A DNA stretch of 64,000 nt from the NCBI RefSeq assembly GCF_037042905.1, contig NC_087252.1, forward strand, positions 24,616,001 through 24,680,000, in the 5' to 3' direction. The translations under genes and the position numbers were made by a program. The stretch's first letter is position 1. Each line of letters begins with the position of its first letter. A model generated the notes under the pieces. It was not told where the DNA came from, did no database searches, and saw only the letters and a list, made by a program, of their open reading frames with translations. Below are positions 11,478 through 26,109 of the stretch, piece by piece. The stretch comes from Lytechinus pictus. Taxonomy: Eukaryota.

Positions 11478-11845
11478 CCTCTTTCTTTATTTCTCTCTCA
11501 CCCTATACCCCCTTCTCTGATCCTCTATCCCTATCTCTCTCTTTCTTTATTTCTCTCACCCTATACCCCCTTCTCTGATCCTCTATCCCTCTCTCTCTCT
11601 TTCTTTATTTCTCTCTCACCCTATACCCCCTTCTCTGATCCTCTATCCCTCTCTCTCTCTCTTTCTTTATTTCTCTCTCACCCTATACCCCCTTCTCTAT
11701 CCCTCTCTCTCTCTTTCCCTCCCACTCATTTTCATCCTCGATTCCTCTCCCCTAACCTCTATCCCTCCCACACTCCCAACCTCTACCCCCTCTCTTTATC
11801 CCTCCCCTCTCTCTCTATCTTTCTCTTTCTCTCTCTCCCTCTTTT
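11478..11845. repeat. CT-rich ~58-bp tandem repeat grading into polypyrimidine low complexity
   Basis: Four copies of CTTTCTTTATTTCTCTCTCACCCTATACCCCCTTCTCT... Confidence 0.85.
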
Positions 11846-13546
11846 CAGTCTTATTTGTACCTTGTAAGTGTAATTCTTACCAATACCCTCCCTTAAAGAG
11901 TATCATTTATGTTACTTCACGCCAATAGTCTGTGCATCAAAATTAATTATTAATCCATAATACATGCGCCTAAGTTGCTCCCTTACTGTGACATTGCTCT
12001 TTCACATTAACTCTGAGAAACTGGACCAGTGTATTCAACACCATGCATTAGTCAATGATTTCTCTTTCCGAATAATTACAAATCTCATTTAAACATTAGT
12101 TTTCCTGGGACCAAACTTGTAATTTCTACCAATTAATCCAGTTTTCCCCAGCACTTTATAATAATCCTCCCTTAATTTATTTAGGGCGTGTGCTTTCAAA
12201 GAAATTTCTTTTCAAACACATAAGGAAGAGTAGACAATACCTTGTCTGCCATTTGACTGTTTGCAATCGAATAGTTTGAACAATCGAGATTCCTGTATAT
12301 CAGAAATCACAAAAACTTGACCTACAGTATTTACATGACAGTGGTCACATATAATGAGCGAGCTGACTCGGTCGAGCGTGTCCCAGTACAGTGCCTAAGA
12401 CAGGCACGACAGGCACATCAAGACGGCTGAACGGTCGCAGATGTGGTTGTCTTCACAATGGCTTGAAAGAGTTAATGTTTGGAATTCGTCAAATTTAGCA
12501 TAATCTTCATTTATGTTGTCAAATATCAAAGAATATAGCTATTTACTTTTGGAAATCAAATATCTCAAATCAGGAATCAACATCTGGCAAACATTCGATT
12601 AGTGTAAAAAATAGTAGTTGGTCGGCGATTACTACATGTAGTAGCTGGTAAACTGATCGAACAATTAAATTGTTTGAGTTTTACTCTCAAGCCTAGTTGT
12701 GAAACACCTAAATCAATGAATAATGAGGTACTGCCAACATTACACACTTAAGCTTATTTTATTCATACTTCTGTGTAAGTAAAGCCCCTTTCACAAATGG
12801 TGGTGCAACTGCTTACAACTGTTGCGATTGTGTGCAACATATATTGTGACCAAGTGAACGCAAAAGGTTGCACAAGCAATTGTGAAAGCTCCTTTAAACT
12901 TAGGAAACTTCACATGGGACACATCATCAATTCTGAAACAAAGTCAATTTTGCAATGCCAGTACAAATTAGACAGATATAAAATATATACATACATGAAG
13001 GGGAAAATTCAGACCATAACATACATTAATTCAGGACGACATGTAAAGTGGAATTATTTTCAGAACAAAGAAGGGTGCCACAAAGAAATATAGGAGACAT
13101 TGGATTCACACAGCATTAAAGCAATTTGGTTTGGTTGTTTCTAATTCAAGGTCTATGTTAACTACATGTATTATCTGGGGGCTTCAAATATGCATGGTTG
13201 AGGTTATACTGACATAGCACCATGTCTGCAACATGTACAAGCAATTGCATAGCCCATTGCAACACCTTTTTTTCATTTAAAAAAAAAGGCATTGCACAGC
13301 CAACATCAGTATGTAGGCCCATATTCTATAGAGTTAAACATCAATTATGGTTAAAAGATATCACTTTCCTTGACAAACACAGGAAAATACCCATGAACTT
13401 TCTTCTTTTTGTATTGTAAAATTAAGTTTTATGTTTTTGGATACTGCTAAATTTATGCAGCTGAATGTTGAACCAGATGTCAACCACAGTCAAAGTTACA
13501 ATTCTGTTCATAATGCTAGTTAAGTTTAATTTTCTGTTGTATATAT

Positions 13547-13975
13547 GGGCCTTTTCACACATGAATCTTGAATCATCATTGTAACGATGATTGCAATTCG
13601 TCTTTAGAATCATCGGACCTTTCACACGCTCACTCGAAAACTGATTTGAATTCGAATTCGGCAGTATGTGTCCTTGGTGACTTTGATACGATGAGTGCTT
13701 GACAATTGTATTATCTACAGAAGTGCTTGAAAGGACATGTAAGCTTCGCCCCCCAAAAGATGTTTTAGAGGTCAAACCTTTCACACCTAAAATTCATACT
13801 TTGAGTGAAACTTAACTGGAATTCACCTCGGTAGTAGAATTTAAATTCGTGATTGTGATTAGCGTTCGTGATTCTAGTTTGGTTTCATACGTGCTAAAAA
13901 TTCGTCATTAGCCTTGTTTTTCACTGGAATCAACATTGAAATTCCGATTTTTTTTTTTTACATGTGAAAGGGTGG
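13547..13975. mobile_element. MITE with imperfect TIRs
   Basis: CCTTTTCACACATG ... CATGTGAAAGGG. Confidence 0.5.
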
Positions 13976-15700
13976 TAAGTGTCTATCTGCTATGCAGGAA
14001 TGCTAATTCATGTAACTGCAGTACCTACGGTGCTTGTCAATTCCATAACCACACCTCAGGATGTTAAATGTACATGCATCTGTTCTGGCATATGAGCACA
14101 TATTCTTAACTTGCCAGGTGGGTGTTTCATAAAGCTGTTCGTGAGTTAAGAGCGACTTTAAGAACGACTGGTGATCCTTTCTTGTGGTAAATGGTACACA
14201 CCATTGGCGATGGTTTAGCGCGTAAGAAAAGATCTACGGTCGTTCTTAAAGTCGCTCTTAACTTGCGAACAGCTTCATGAAATGGCCCCGGGGTCTAATT
14301 TAAATCTGACTCAACTATGGAAAGCCAATTGTGACACAAATCTCCTATAAATACAGGTTCAATTCATCAGCTCACTTGACACTTGATTCAATCATAATAA
14401 TCTGGGAATATTATCTAATTTTCTTCACCATTGAAGCACTAGGAAAGAACATTGGCAGCAAAAGAAACATACAATGTATAAACAAAATATTGCCATTTTC
14501 TACTTCCCATAATTCGGTGGATTCGCAACACAGTGCGCAATCTATCGTTTGCAGCTAGCGGACAGGCCGAAATTTGCAATGTATCATGGGGAAAAGTCGA
14601 CATCTTTTGCGCGCTAGAGTATAAGCATTTCGAGCGGCCGGTTTGCATAAAATTATGTTTACCAGGGTCCAGGAGAAGGGAGAGAAATTTACCGCATACC
14701 AGTATTTATTTGCGAAATTTAGACTGTTTTAGGTGAAATTTTCCTCGGCTTTTGCCATATGGTTTTCATTTTCGAAGCATCCCGGTCACCATACATTACA
14801 CTAGCACTGTACGCTGCCTGCGTGAAATGTTGACCCCAAAGTTAGAAATTGGCCTGTTGGCTGCAACCGATAGAGGGCGCACCGTACTGTGAATCCACCG
14901 AATTGTAGCAGAGTCAAAACCTTGCTTACATTGAAGTGAACTTCAGAATACGCACCATAGTATCTTTTAAGAAGGATAATAGGCATACTGTGTAACATAA
15001 TGTAACCACACACAGGTTTATAAACATAGCCATTACCATTAAATTGATTCATTTGCGACAAAGTGACATTTCTGTATGAAAAACAACAAAAACAAAAGAT
15101 GGGGTAAAATGCTAAATATACTACACATATTTGATCCTCATTTTAATTGAATCTGTAAAATTCATTCAATGTTTAAAAACATATTTAAATAAGGATAATC
15201 ATTGAAATAAAAAACAATTTCTAATTTCACTGTGGCAAGGTCAACAAGTGGAACTCAGTTATACATACAATTAAATATAGCAGCAGTGCTAACTTTGAAA
15301 AAAAAAATTAATGTTTCAAAAAAGAGAGGGGAATGGCCCCTTATGTCTCACTTCTGCTATAACAGTGCGAAAAAATCACGGCCCTTCGATGGTTATTTCT
15401 TTTACTCTTTGCACATGTATTTATTACACATGTTTCTATCTATTTCAGGAATATAAACTTTAAAACCTTTTTAGGTATATATACAATTTAAATTAATGAA
15501 AATATTTCTGTTCTCAATCTGAAAAAGAGTAAATCAAAAATGAAGAAAGTCAAAAAGGGGCCTAAGCTTTCGATCCTAGCAGAATCTTCGTCGGAGGCAA
15601 AAAAAAAAATGTCTAATTCCTGTTCCAAACCAAATATCTGCCTCGCAACTTCCTGGTCTAACACATATTAGGCAATGCTTTGATTTGAGTGCGTAGTATA

Positions 15701-15858
15701 CAAATAATGAATGTTTATGAGTGCACTGGACAGAATACTTCATTCAGTGAAAGATGAAATGAATGATCCATTCAACGAGACGTATTTGAATGGATCATTC
15801 ATTTCATCTTTCACTGAATGAAGTATTCTGTCCATTGCACTCAAACATTCATTATTTG
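15701..15858. repeat. Long near-perfect inverted repeat (~73-bp arms, 10-nt spacer)
   Basis: CAAATAATGAATGTTT...GATCCATTCAA CGAGACGTAT TTGAATGGATC...AAACATTCATTATTTG. Confidence 0.9.
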
Positions 15859-18771
15859 GTTTATATGACAACTAAAAATCCTTTCCATGTCATTTACAAA
15901 TTTGAATAAAAGCGCATTCAGTCTGATCGTGGTCTGTTGATTGTCGCATACATTCAACACGCGCACTATACGTGTAGCGCCGGTGGTCTTGGCGCGCATG
16001 CAATGGACAAAATTGCATGATAAATGGATCCAAAATTGCAAAATTGCAAAACACTGCAAAATGGGCTGCATGATCAACATCAAACCAATCAAATGACAAG
16101 GATCTGTCTATAGGCCTGTGTCATATAACAGCCCATATGGGGAGTGCTAAATGGAAATCAAAAATACTAAATTAACATCCCTTATATACTTAATTGTTAG
16201 AAACATGAATGACAATGGAAAACATTTTACATAAGAGGCAAGTTTTATAAATAGTACTAAAAACAGAAAAGGGATATCATTGTAATATGCACTTGGCACA
16301 CAGAAGGATACACTTTGTTATAAAGCTTCCATTACCATTTATTTCCCTTCGTTGCTGTCTTTGTTTGAGGGGGAAGGGTAATTTTAAAGAATCTTTCTTT
16401 ATATAGTCAACAAATATGTACAAATTATGAATCAAATGTCAGCAAATTATGCCAATATATTCACCGCTGGGGGTCTACATGTAGCTGAATTATGGCCCGT
16501 ATTCTAAAGTCAGGTTTAACTTAGACCATGGTCTAACTCTGTGCTAAAATTATGGGAAGCAAAAAGTGTCAAAATTTGTATTAAGTTGTATGTTTCTTAT
16601 GTTTACTGTGCTATTTCCTGATTCATTGATGGTGAAGACAATCATCTATTTAAACTTCCTAGACAATTCTGAATGATTTGAGAGCCAAATGAGCTGACAT
16701 ATGATATCTCTCTAGTTAGTGATGTATGTAACAATTAGCTATCCATACTTAAACCACCACTTTAAACCTGAGTTTAAGTTAAACCCAACTTCAGATTAAC
16801 CCCACGATTAAACCTGGCAAGATCCCAGCTACAAGTATGATGTTCAACCAAGAGACAGGGATGTAGTGCAGGGTAAGAAATAATTGTCATTTCTAGGGGC
16901 TATTTCCTTTTCCACATTGGGACGATTTCAGAAATTGGCAGGATATTACTTTCATTTGAATGGCTACTTTTAGGGGTAAAAAGTAACTGTGCAGTAAAAG
17001 CAAATATTATTCTTCTGCCACAATGAGAATATTGATTTTCCTAAATATTTTCCTTGGAACAGATATTGGGGTGACTCTAATAATGGTCGCCCTAAAGCGT
17101 GCATTTAGGGGGAATTTTAGGCCGGGGCGAATTGGGCCGTCATGAGGGCGAAATCACCCATCGCCCTCATGTCTTGTATTTCCTACGCAGAGTCTAGGCA
17201 GGCCTCGAGGCCACATTTAGCCATCCTTGGCCCCGTCCCGAGTCACATGTTCAAAGTCTATGGGAGAAGGTTTTCTCCAGTGGACTATTGACTTGGAAGT
17301 ACTGGCCTTGACTACATCCCTGCTCACGGATATTGTCAGGATTGGAATTGTTCAGCATATCCATAACCCATGATGAGATGTAATACATATATTTACAATT
17401 TATATTCAATTTTGCATTACCCCGTACGGAGCTTAACTCCCTTGTAATGTTGAACTCATCAAATGAGTGAAAATATTCCCCAAGCTACAAGTATATGAAT
17501 AACTCAGGCTTAAAGGGCCTACATGTATATTACATTTCAAAGCTAGACAGTGCAAAAAAATGATATGAATATTCACATGAAAAATTAATGCAATATCTAC
17601 AGCAAAGTGAACAGGTATCTTACACGAAAGGCTTGCTTCTACTAAAGATCACCCTTTGGAAACTTCCCCTTTCATTTCATCTACAATGCTAAATTATATA
17701 CACTTAATTGGTGGGTGTTTCACTAAAGGTGTTTATAAGTTATGAATCACTTTGCATGTGACTGGTGATTCTTTCTCGTGCCAAATGACATCCCTACGTA
17801 GCCGACTATAGCACCTAAGAACAGGTTCCAGTCGTGCGTGAAGTTGAGCAGGGGGGTGTTTCACAAATAGTTAAGTATGACCTAGAGTCGCACTTATATG
17901 CCGACGCGTATGATTTGAAATGCGCAATCTTATCGATCAATACGCAGTAGTGCGCATCCTCTTGGCATGATCTGACCAATGCGATCATGCCTTTTATACC
18001 GCACGCTACTCGGCATTTAAGTGCGACTCTAAGTCATACTTAAGTCTTTGTGAAACACCCCCCGGATTGATGAAACATCCACCAGGTGAGACAAATACTC
18101 TGCCGTCCCATGACGAAGGGAATCAACGGGAATTAGTTCCTCAGTTAATGAGGAAAATGTGTCATTGTTTTGTGAAAATAGTTAGTTATTGGCTTTTGAA
18201 GCGTCTGTATTTCACAAATTGGTGACTATACATGTATGACTCCAAATCCTTTTGCACCATGTAGAGCATAAAGAAAATGTCCCAAAGTATGAAAAAAAGA
18301 AAATATGTTACCTTTTGTCATGAGATGGCAATGTTGATCATAATCTCCCTAATTAATAAACCTTGCTAATTGCCTTGCTAAACAATGCTAATTCCACATG
18401 TTCAGGGAGGAATTAATCGTTGTATCACTTGACAATGAGGAGAAAATTCGAATATTTCATATTTCATTTAATAAAATACAAAAGAAATAGTGAGTGGATG
18501 ACGTCATTAGTCTCCTCATTTGCATACCCACCAGGATGTGCATATAACTGTTTTGTGAAATTAAGCAAAACTTTAAAATGTCATAACTTTCTTATTTTAC
18601 ATCCAATTTTGATGAAACTTTCAGTGTTGTGCTTGTTGAATTTTTGTCTTTTTATTCAAATCAACTTTTTGTTGGGGTGGACTTGTCCTTTAAAGCTGAC
18701 CCTTACTTGTGTTTCACAATAATCCCTATGTAACCAAATTAGCACCTTTAAATATGTTCCAGACATTCATA

Positions 18772-19083
18772 GGCCCGTATTCTGAAGTCGGGTTTAACTT
18801 AAACTCAGGTTCAAAGTTGTGGTTTAAGTATGGATAGCCAATTGTTACATAAATCACTAATGGTAGAGATATCATATTTCAGCTCATTTGGCTCTCAAAT
18901 CATTCATAATTGTCTAGGAAGTATAACAAGATGATTGTCTTCACCATTGAAGAATCAGGAAAGAGCACAGTAAATTATAAGAAACATACAACTTAATAAA
19001 AATTTTGACACTTTTGGCTTCCCATAATTCTAACACAGAGTTAGACCATGGTCTAAGTTAAACTTGACTTCAGAATACGGGCC
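18772..19083. mobile_element. GGCC-ended, TA-flanked MITE; second copy in opposite orientation at ~16494-16797
   Basis: TIRs GGCCCGTATTCTGAAGTC / GACTTCAGAATACGGGCC with TA on both sides. Confidence 0.85.
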
Positions 19084-19794
19084 TATGTAACCAAATTAGC
19101 ACCTTTGAATATGTTCCAGACATTCATAAAGTCATTCCTAACTTTATGAACAGTTTCCTGAAACACCACCTGGGGCCTGTTTCACAAAACTTGTTATAAT
19201 GACAAAGTTGCAATAACAGTTTAAAGCTACTGAAATCATTCAATTTGGTTGGCTGATGGTAGACATGTTACAGAAAATGTGCGTATGTTATTAAAACGAA
19301 TCTCTATGAAATGGGACCCAAATCTTTCATTTTATGGTCTCTTTATTTTTGTATCCTTGTTAAATCTCAATAATCCAGTCTTAACATACATGTTGGTCCG
19401 ACACTACAAGAAACCTCTTACAACTACACAAGGCAAGTTATTACAGTAATATTGTTCCACCTAATTTGTAGGCTGCGTAGGGATCGAGCAAACTATCGCT
19501 AATCTCCATTTACATGATTTGCATTATAAACATCCCCATTAAGTGTTTGAGAAGGACCGTTTCGAATCAAGAATTTTCTTAAGAAATTAAAATCTCTGTA
19601 AATAAAATGAAGAGATTTAAAAACATACGATAACGTGCATATTGGAGAAAACAATATCATACAGTAGTCTACATGACACACATGGCAAAATGTACATTAA
19701 TGCTCAAGAAAGCAAAAAAATACAGTCAAACCCACCTAAGCAGCCACCCATCGAGAGTGAAAACATTGACTCCCATTCGAAAGGAATATGTCCT

Positions 19795-20174
19795 AGACCC
19801 CGTTCTCACTAAACTTTCTCAAACTAGTCCAGCGGAAACCGGTTTAGGAAACCGATTTGGAAGAATGATTGCTAGCGTTTTCATCTATTCACCCGAAAGT
19901 GGTTTTCAAAATCACTTCCCGTAAAGCGGTCTTGTTGCTACAGGAACGCTATTAGTGACAGTGGAGTGACGTTTCAAAAATTTGAAACAGCACAGTAGAC
20001 GGTTGTGTTCTCAACGACGCTTAACTAGTTGAACGAGGCAAAGCGAAATTGAAAACTACATCGCGAGGTGGTCTTCCGATCCAGTTCGGACAATCGCTTC
20101 CAAGGCCGCTTCATCTGTTCTCATTACACTTGTTTCCACTAAACTGGTTTTAGGACGGTAATGAGAACAGGGTC
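19795..20174. mobile_element. MITE with TIRs
   Basis: GACCCCGTTCTCACTA ... TAATGAGAACAGGGTC. Confidence 0.6.
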
Positions 20175-20399
20175 ATAAAATCCGTCTACACTACGCCACC
20201 TGTGTCCTGTGGCCACTGTTTCTGTTTCCATTGGGTGGCCTTAACAGATTTGATCGAACACCAAATAAGACAATAATACAGTACGTCACATTGCCACACC
20301 GCTCCACTTAACAATGAAAAATAAGCCATGATTGTACAGCGTATTACAAATGTTTCAACAAAGGAGAGTGTATAGTATATTTTACAGAATTTGGTTAGA

Positions 20400-20612
20400 A
20401 CCCATGTGGCTTTGAGTCCAGAGAAGGACGCCTTAAAAAGGAAAGTCAACCCCCCAAAAAGGTGATTTTGCATCCTACCAGGTACCCATTTAGCACCCGA
20501 GTGGAGAGTGGCAAAGTGTGGATGGACGCCTTGCCAAAGGACGCTAGGCCATGGTGGGATTCAAACGTGCATCCCCCGGATTACAAGGCGAGAGGCAGAA
20601 CCACTACACCAT
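20400..20612 (-). mobile_element. tRNA-derived SINE (diverged)
   Basis: Minus-strand head TGGTGTAGTGG (A box) ... GTTTGAATCCC (B-box-like) followed by a non-tRNA body. Confidence 0.6.
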
Positions 20613-22708
20613 AGCTTTAAACTACACCACACCGTATTGAGGGAGGAATAAAACTTACTTTACATTAGGGGAAAATATCCCATATTTTATATAATAAATT
20701 TTTTTTTAAATAGTGAAATTGTGACTTCATCAGCTCTCTCATATAACGTGTTGTCCATATAAATGTTTTCTGAAAATAAGTGAAACTTTGAAATAACTTT
20801 CTTATATTCCATTCCATTTTGATAAAATTCTCATCATTATGCTTGCTTGATTTTTCTCTATATATCCAAATTATCTTTAGAGGGGTGACTTTCCCTCTAG
20901 TCTGGTCCATGTTAAGTAGTGTTTGGAAATATTTATTTTAAGTGCTATATCACAAAGAAATGGGAAATGATTAAAACCTTTCATTGGATGGATGGAAGAT
21001 GATGATATATTCCCAAATTAGCCATTATTTATATTAATTTTACCCTTTTTTTTACTAATTCTTTGTAAACTAGGGGTCAATGGCAGTGTCCAATATCTGG
21101 AATGCAGAATCCAGAAAAATGCTAGGTGTTAATTGCCTTACCAAGAATAGGCCTGCATACAGATTTGCAACAATGTCATGTGATAGTCACACCATCGAAA
21201 CTAAATAATTCTTATAATATTAGTGTGAAGTGCAGAGAGAAGAGAAGTCGTCTAGTATCTCTGTTCTCTAAAAGATTACTTTTACTCAATCAATGCAGAG
21301 ACTTGCATTTATTGCACAATGGCAAGTTAGGGGGCCAAAATGAAGTTTTGGAGAAAAATGGAGAAAAAAATGAAGAATACAAAATCTACATGGACATCAA
21401 GTTTAAAATCACAACGCAATACTTTCATAATTTTCCTAGAAATATCTCCTACTTTATCTTTCTCATGAGCCAGGGAATGAATAATTTGTCTATACCAAGT
21501 ATTTTTTCACGATTAAAAAAACACTAATATAAGCATGGGGAAGAATGTGTTTATATGCTGCTATGCGAATGAATTCGAAAATTTATATGTCTTCATTTAC
21601 ATGATTTTGGTAATATTTTATTTGAACAGCATATTCACGAATTCATGAGTTTCGCATAGCCTCATTGTATACGGGGCAAGAGCTGAGGGGTGTTTCATAA
21701 TGCTGTTCGTAAGTTAAGAGCGACTGGTGAACCTTTCTTCCGCGCTAAATAATCACCAATGAACATTTAATGGTGAATACCATTTACCACAACAAAGGAT
21801 CACCAGTCATTCATAAAATCACTCTTAAGTTACGAACAGCTTTATGAAACATCCCCCAGATGTTAGGAGTGATTTTTTTTTTCAACTGATGGGCAAGCAA
21901 AATTGAAAAAAAAAAAAATTAGAACGACTTTATATATTTGATTTCATCTAATAAATGATCATTTTAAAATTCTTCCTAATTGCAAGTCAAACTCAGAAAT
22001 TGAAAATTTCATCTCAGAAACTCTGAGACAAAGGAATATAAAATGTAGCAAAAAAGTACAATAAATCATTCAATGCTCATGCAGCTTTGAAAAAAAAATG
22101 CAATTAATTTTAGAGGCCGGTGCAATTAATTACTGGTATTACAAATCAATCACAAAATTCACTGAACGGTTGGAAATTAATTTAATTGAATTACTTGCAA
22201 CTGCTAAAAATTGCAATTGATTACAAATTACAATTACTGCCTGAGTTGTGATTGATCTGGGAACCAAAAATTAAGTTGCGATTGATTTCAAGTATCATGC
22301 ACTGCTCTCTTATATTTGGCAAAGGAATGAGTTGTAGTTTTTTAACATCTGATCTTACGTCCCCCCCCCCCCCACCCCTGTAATCTCCGACTTATTCACT
22401 GTGAGGAGAAAATGGAGCTGTGCAGTTCAGGAACTTATCTCATTTTGGAGATCTCATGCTGAATCGAGAGATCTGAATAGACAAACCAATTAATTAATTT
22501 GGTCCTTCAACACCATCCTTTGCTCTGTGTTGTATATATTCATGTATTTCAGAGCAAAAGCATATGACCAACCTATCACGATGAAATGAAGTGAAAAGCA
22601 TTGCATGCAACAAAAATCCAGTGTACTGCCATTTTTAAAATCAACACTGAAATGACATAGAAACAAGACATTTCCAGAGACGATGGGTTAAGAATGCATC
22701 TTCAATTC

Positions 22709-25700
22709 TCATAACATGATCTTCAAATTTTCTCTGTCCCAGTCATACTCCAACGCCTTGGCCTGGAGCTCGTCATTATCGTTGTACTTGACGGTATAAA
22801 AGGTGTACAGATTGTTCAGATGACCGAACTGCTCTTCGTCCAGTTTCAACAACTCACTTGCTGTACTCTTATGGACAACCTTTCCCTCATACCACTTGTA
22901 CAAACCATGCTTTCCAAGGCTACAGCGATGGCGAATGTGCCTTCCAATGATCGCGTCTCCAGGGAAATCGTCGTCCTTGTCAACCTCCTTTTCCATCTGT
23001 GCCGCTTCGTCATTGACTTCTTCCGGATTCTCAGTATGTTCTGCAACTTCTGTCGTTTGGGGATCCACATCTTCGGGTTGTTCCTCTGTTGTGTCATCCA
23101 TTTTCTCATCAACAGTTTGTTGCTCATCTGCACTTTTCTCCGCCAGTTCAGCAGATCCCTTCGAGTTTTGCTTTTCGATTTCCTTTTCGGCCCGTTTTTC
23201 GAGGAAGTCGTCATCTTCTTCGTTCACTTCGGTGCCATCTTCTTCACTGTCATCTGGCTGCTGTTTGACACCTTTACTTCTTGCAGAGGATTCCGATTCA
23301 GAGTCTGTCTTTCTCCGTTTTGGACTGTTGAGCTTTTTGACAAAGTCATTTAGTGATCGTTTCTTCACCTTTTCCTTTGGGGTTGTTTTCCGCAGATCCC
23401 CAAAAGACGTCATCCCAGCAGCAAGAGTAGCAAAAGCTGTATGCTGTGATTTCTTGGGAATGCTGTCATCATCATCATCATCACTGCCACTGTATGGTGA
23501 GTCCATTATTGATGGTTTATTAAGCTCTTCATCAGTAGTTGGGGATTCCCTCCTTTCCCTCAAAGACCTATATGAGCCTTCCACCCTCTTGGGTAAATCC
23601 TCTTTAGTTTTTCCACTCCTTGTAGACCTTGTGGTTCTTTTCTTTTCTCCATCACTCAAGACTTCTTCAGTATTGTTGATCTCCTTCACAATATCATCTC
23701 TTCTACCCCTGGGACTTCTCCTAGAGGTCTTTAAGGTTACAGAATCATCTCCATCGAGGTTACCAGAATTCTTTGGGGATTCTGAAGTGACTTTTTTTGA
23801 AGGTTCATTCTTCCCAGAGCGCAGGTCAGCAGATCTCCGTGGAACAATTTTTGTGGAGCCAAATCTGCCTGATTTTCTCCTTATGACCTTTGAAATCTTG
23901 TCATCTTCAACCTTTTCTTCGTCATCATGGTCATCATCCAGCTCATCATCTGCATCTTTATCCCCGTCAGAATTTTCTGAAGAATGGCTTTGTCTTGGAG
24001 GTGATATCTCTATCTCGCTTTCTTCATAACAGGGTTCACTCTCTAGAGCTCTCTTGACAAGAACTTCACTGATTTTTGTCAGGGACACTGACAATCTACT
24101 GGAAAAAAGTTTTTCTTTGTCAAAATCTTTGATTTCTCCTAACGGTTTCTTTGGGGAATCTTTTGATAGTACTGGCCTTGGAGATGTACTCCCCCTTTTT
24201 GGCCGCGAAACTTTTGGGATAGGGGTAGACTCCTTTCGAGATGTATTACGAGCAGCATTGCTTGGCGGGACCTTTTTGGCATTTAGTCGTTCCACTTTGA
24301 CTTGTGATTTTTTTAATTTGTCTTTCACGCCTTGCTTGACTTGTACAGTTATTTTCTTAGTTTTGGGTGAATTCCTGGTTTTTCTCACTGGCATTTCCTC
24401 CTCACTTTCTTCTTCTTGACCACTATTGTCCTCCTCTTCATCATCATCATCTTTGATATCATCTTGGATTTTTTCATATTTCACAGATTTTATGACTTTA
24501 TCAAGCACTTTCTCAGCTTTTTGAAGATTCTTATTTATCTTATCGGTCTCACTTTCGAGATAGTCCAAGGCAATTTTCAATTCTTTCTTTATGGTATGTA
24601 CCACTTTGCTGATGGAGGTGAAAAGTTTAGTAGCCTCAGCTATATCCTTCTTGATCATAATTGTCTTTGCAGACTCACTTCTCTGAGACTTACTTCTTGT
24701 AGACCTACTTCTCGGAGTCTTTACTTCACCTTCCTCAATGCTACTCTCGTCATCCTCATCATCATCCTCCTCCTCGTCTTCATAATCGTCTTCATTCACA
24801 TCTTCATCATCATCGTCATCCTCATCTGGATTGCTAGCGTCATCAGATGACTCAAGTTTCCTTTTACGAGAACTCCTTACGGAAGATCTTTGGACTTTTG
24901 GAGGAGTTTTCTTGATCGGGGCTCTGCTTCTTATATTCCTGGAGGGAGCAGATTGCCTTGTTGGCTTCTGACTTGAGGCTGCTCCTGCTGCCTGGGTAGC
25001 TTGCCTAGAAGGTCTCTTAGGTTCTGGTTTAATAATTTTGCCAATAGCAGCTTTGGCTGCACTTCTAGATGAAGTCTGCCTTGGAGGTGGTGACGTTTCA
25101 TCGGATTCCTCCTCATTGCTCCCATTATCCTTTGTACTCCCATTATCCTCATCATTCTGTGTGTCCCCTCCATCCTCCATATCCTCATCAACACCCCCAC
25201 TATCAGCAGGAATTTCCTTTTTCTCACCATCACCATTACCAGATGAAGATGACGTTACCAACAACTTTTTACTTGGTGTCTTCTTTACTTCTGTGCCTTC
25301 TTGGAGATCCCCCGAGATATCCATATTTTCCTCACTGCCATTCTCTTTGTTGTCATGATCTTCAATGTCATTCTCTTCATTGTCATTCTCAGCATGATCC
25401 CCTGAATAGCCATCTTCAATATTAGCTTTTTTTCCTGTGTCTGATTTCCCGTCCATTTCACCGCCATTGAATAGTCCTGCAGTTGGCGTATCAACATTCT
25501 CATTGCTTTTGTTCTTCGAAGGAACCACTAACCCAGGAAATTCAAATTTTTCGAGGAGGTATTTCTGAGCTACAAATAAGCTCCTATTTTTCTTCCTAAT
25601 GGTCTCTCTCGTCAATGTGGTACACCACTCCTCAACCAGCGTTGCTGGAAGGGCACATTCATCTCCCCACCCCATTATTTTCTTGATCCATCCAGCAACG

Positions 25701-26109
25701 TTCTGGTACGTTTCCTTGATACGAGTCACATATTCACTTAGCTCAAACATCAATCTGTTCGTAACCCTGCTAGGACTTATCGGCTTGGGAAACTGCTTCT
25801 CCTCACCACAAAGGACATCACCATAGATTCCAAGCGACTCACATTCTGGTCCTATTGGGAAGCAACCTGGTACAAGGCACTCTACAGGCTGCGAGAGATC
25901 GTCGTCCGTCTGATTCTCGAGATCATCCACCTTAGCTCTGATATCCCGGCATAATTTTTTGTGCGACTGGTTGCGGATTTTAGCTTTGCCATCGGACAGG
26001 ACAGAGATGGCAGTGTCCAGATGGGGATCCAAAGGAAGGCGTTCATCCTCCAGGAGATCGATGATCTTCTGTACCCTGAAGTAGGAGGCAATGCCATCTT
26101 CCCAATGGT
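22709..26109 (-). CDS. Nested gene, large terminal coding exon: N-terminal globular region, long D/E/S/K/R-rich disordered region, C-terminal Spindlin-type Tudor-like domain
   Basis: 3.4-kb open frame; TTTGTTCCATGCTGCAG acceptor completes a GAC codon with the upstream exon; C-terminus IIGRHIRH...WYEGKVV...FYTVKY...LEYDWDRENLKIML resembles Spin/Ssty repeats. Confidence 0.88.

Noticed and set aside
22896..25425. Long Ser-rich plus-strand ORFs
   Set aside because: Antisense shadows of the acidic nested-gene exon
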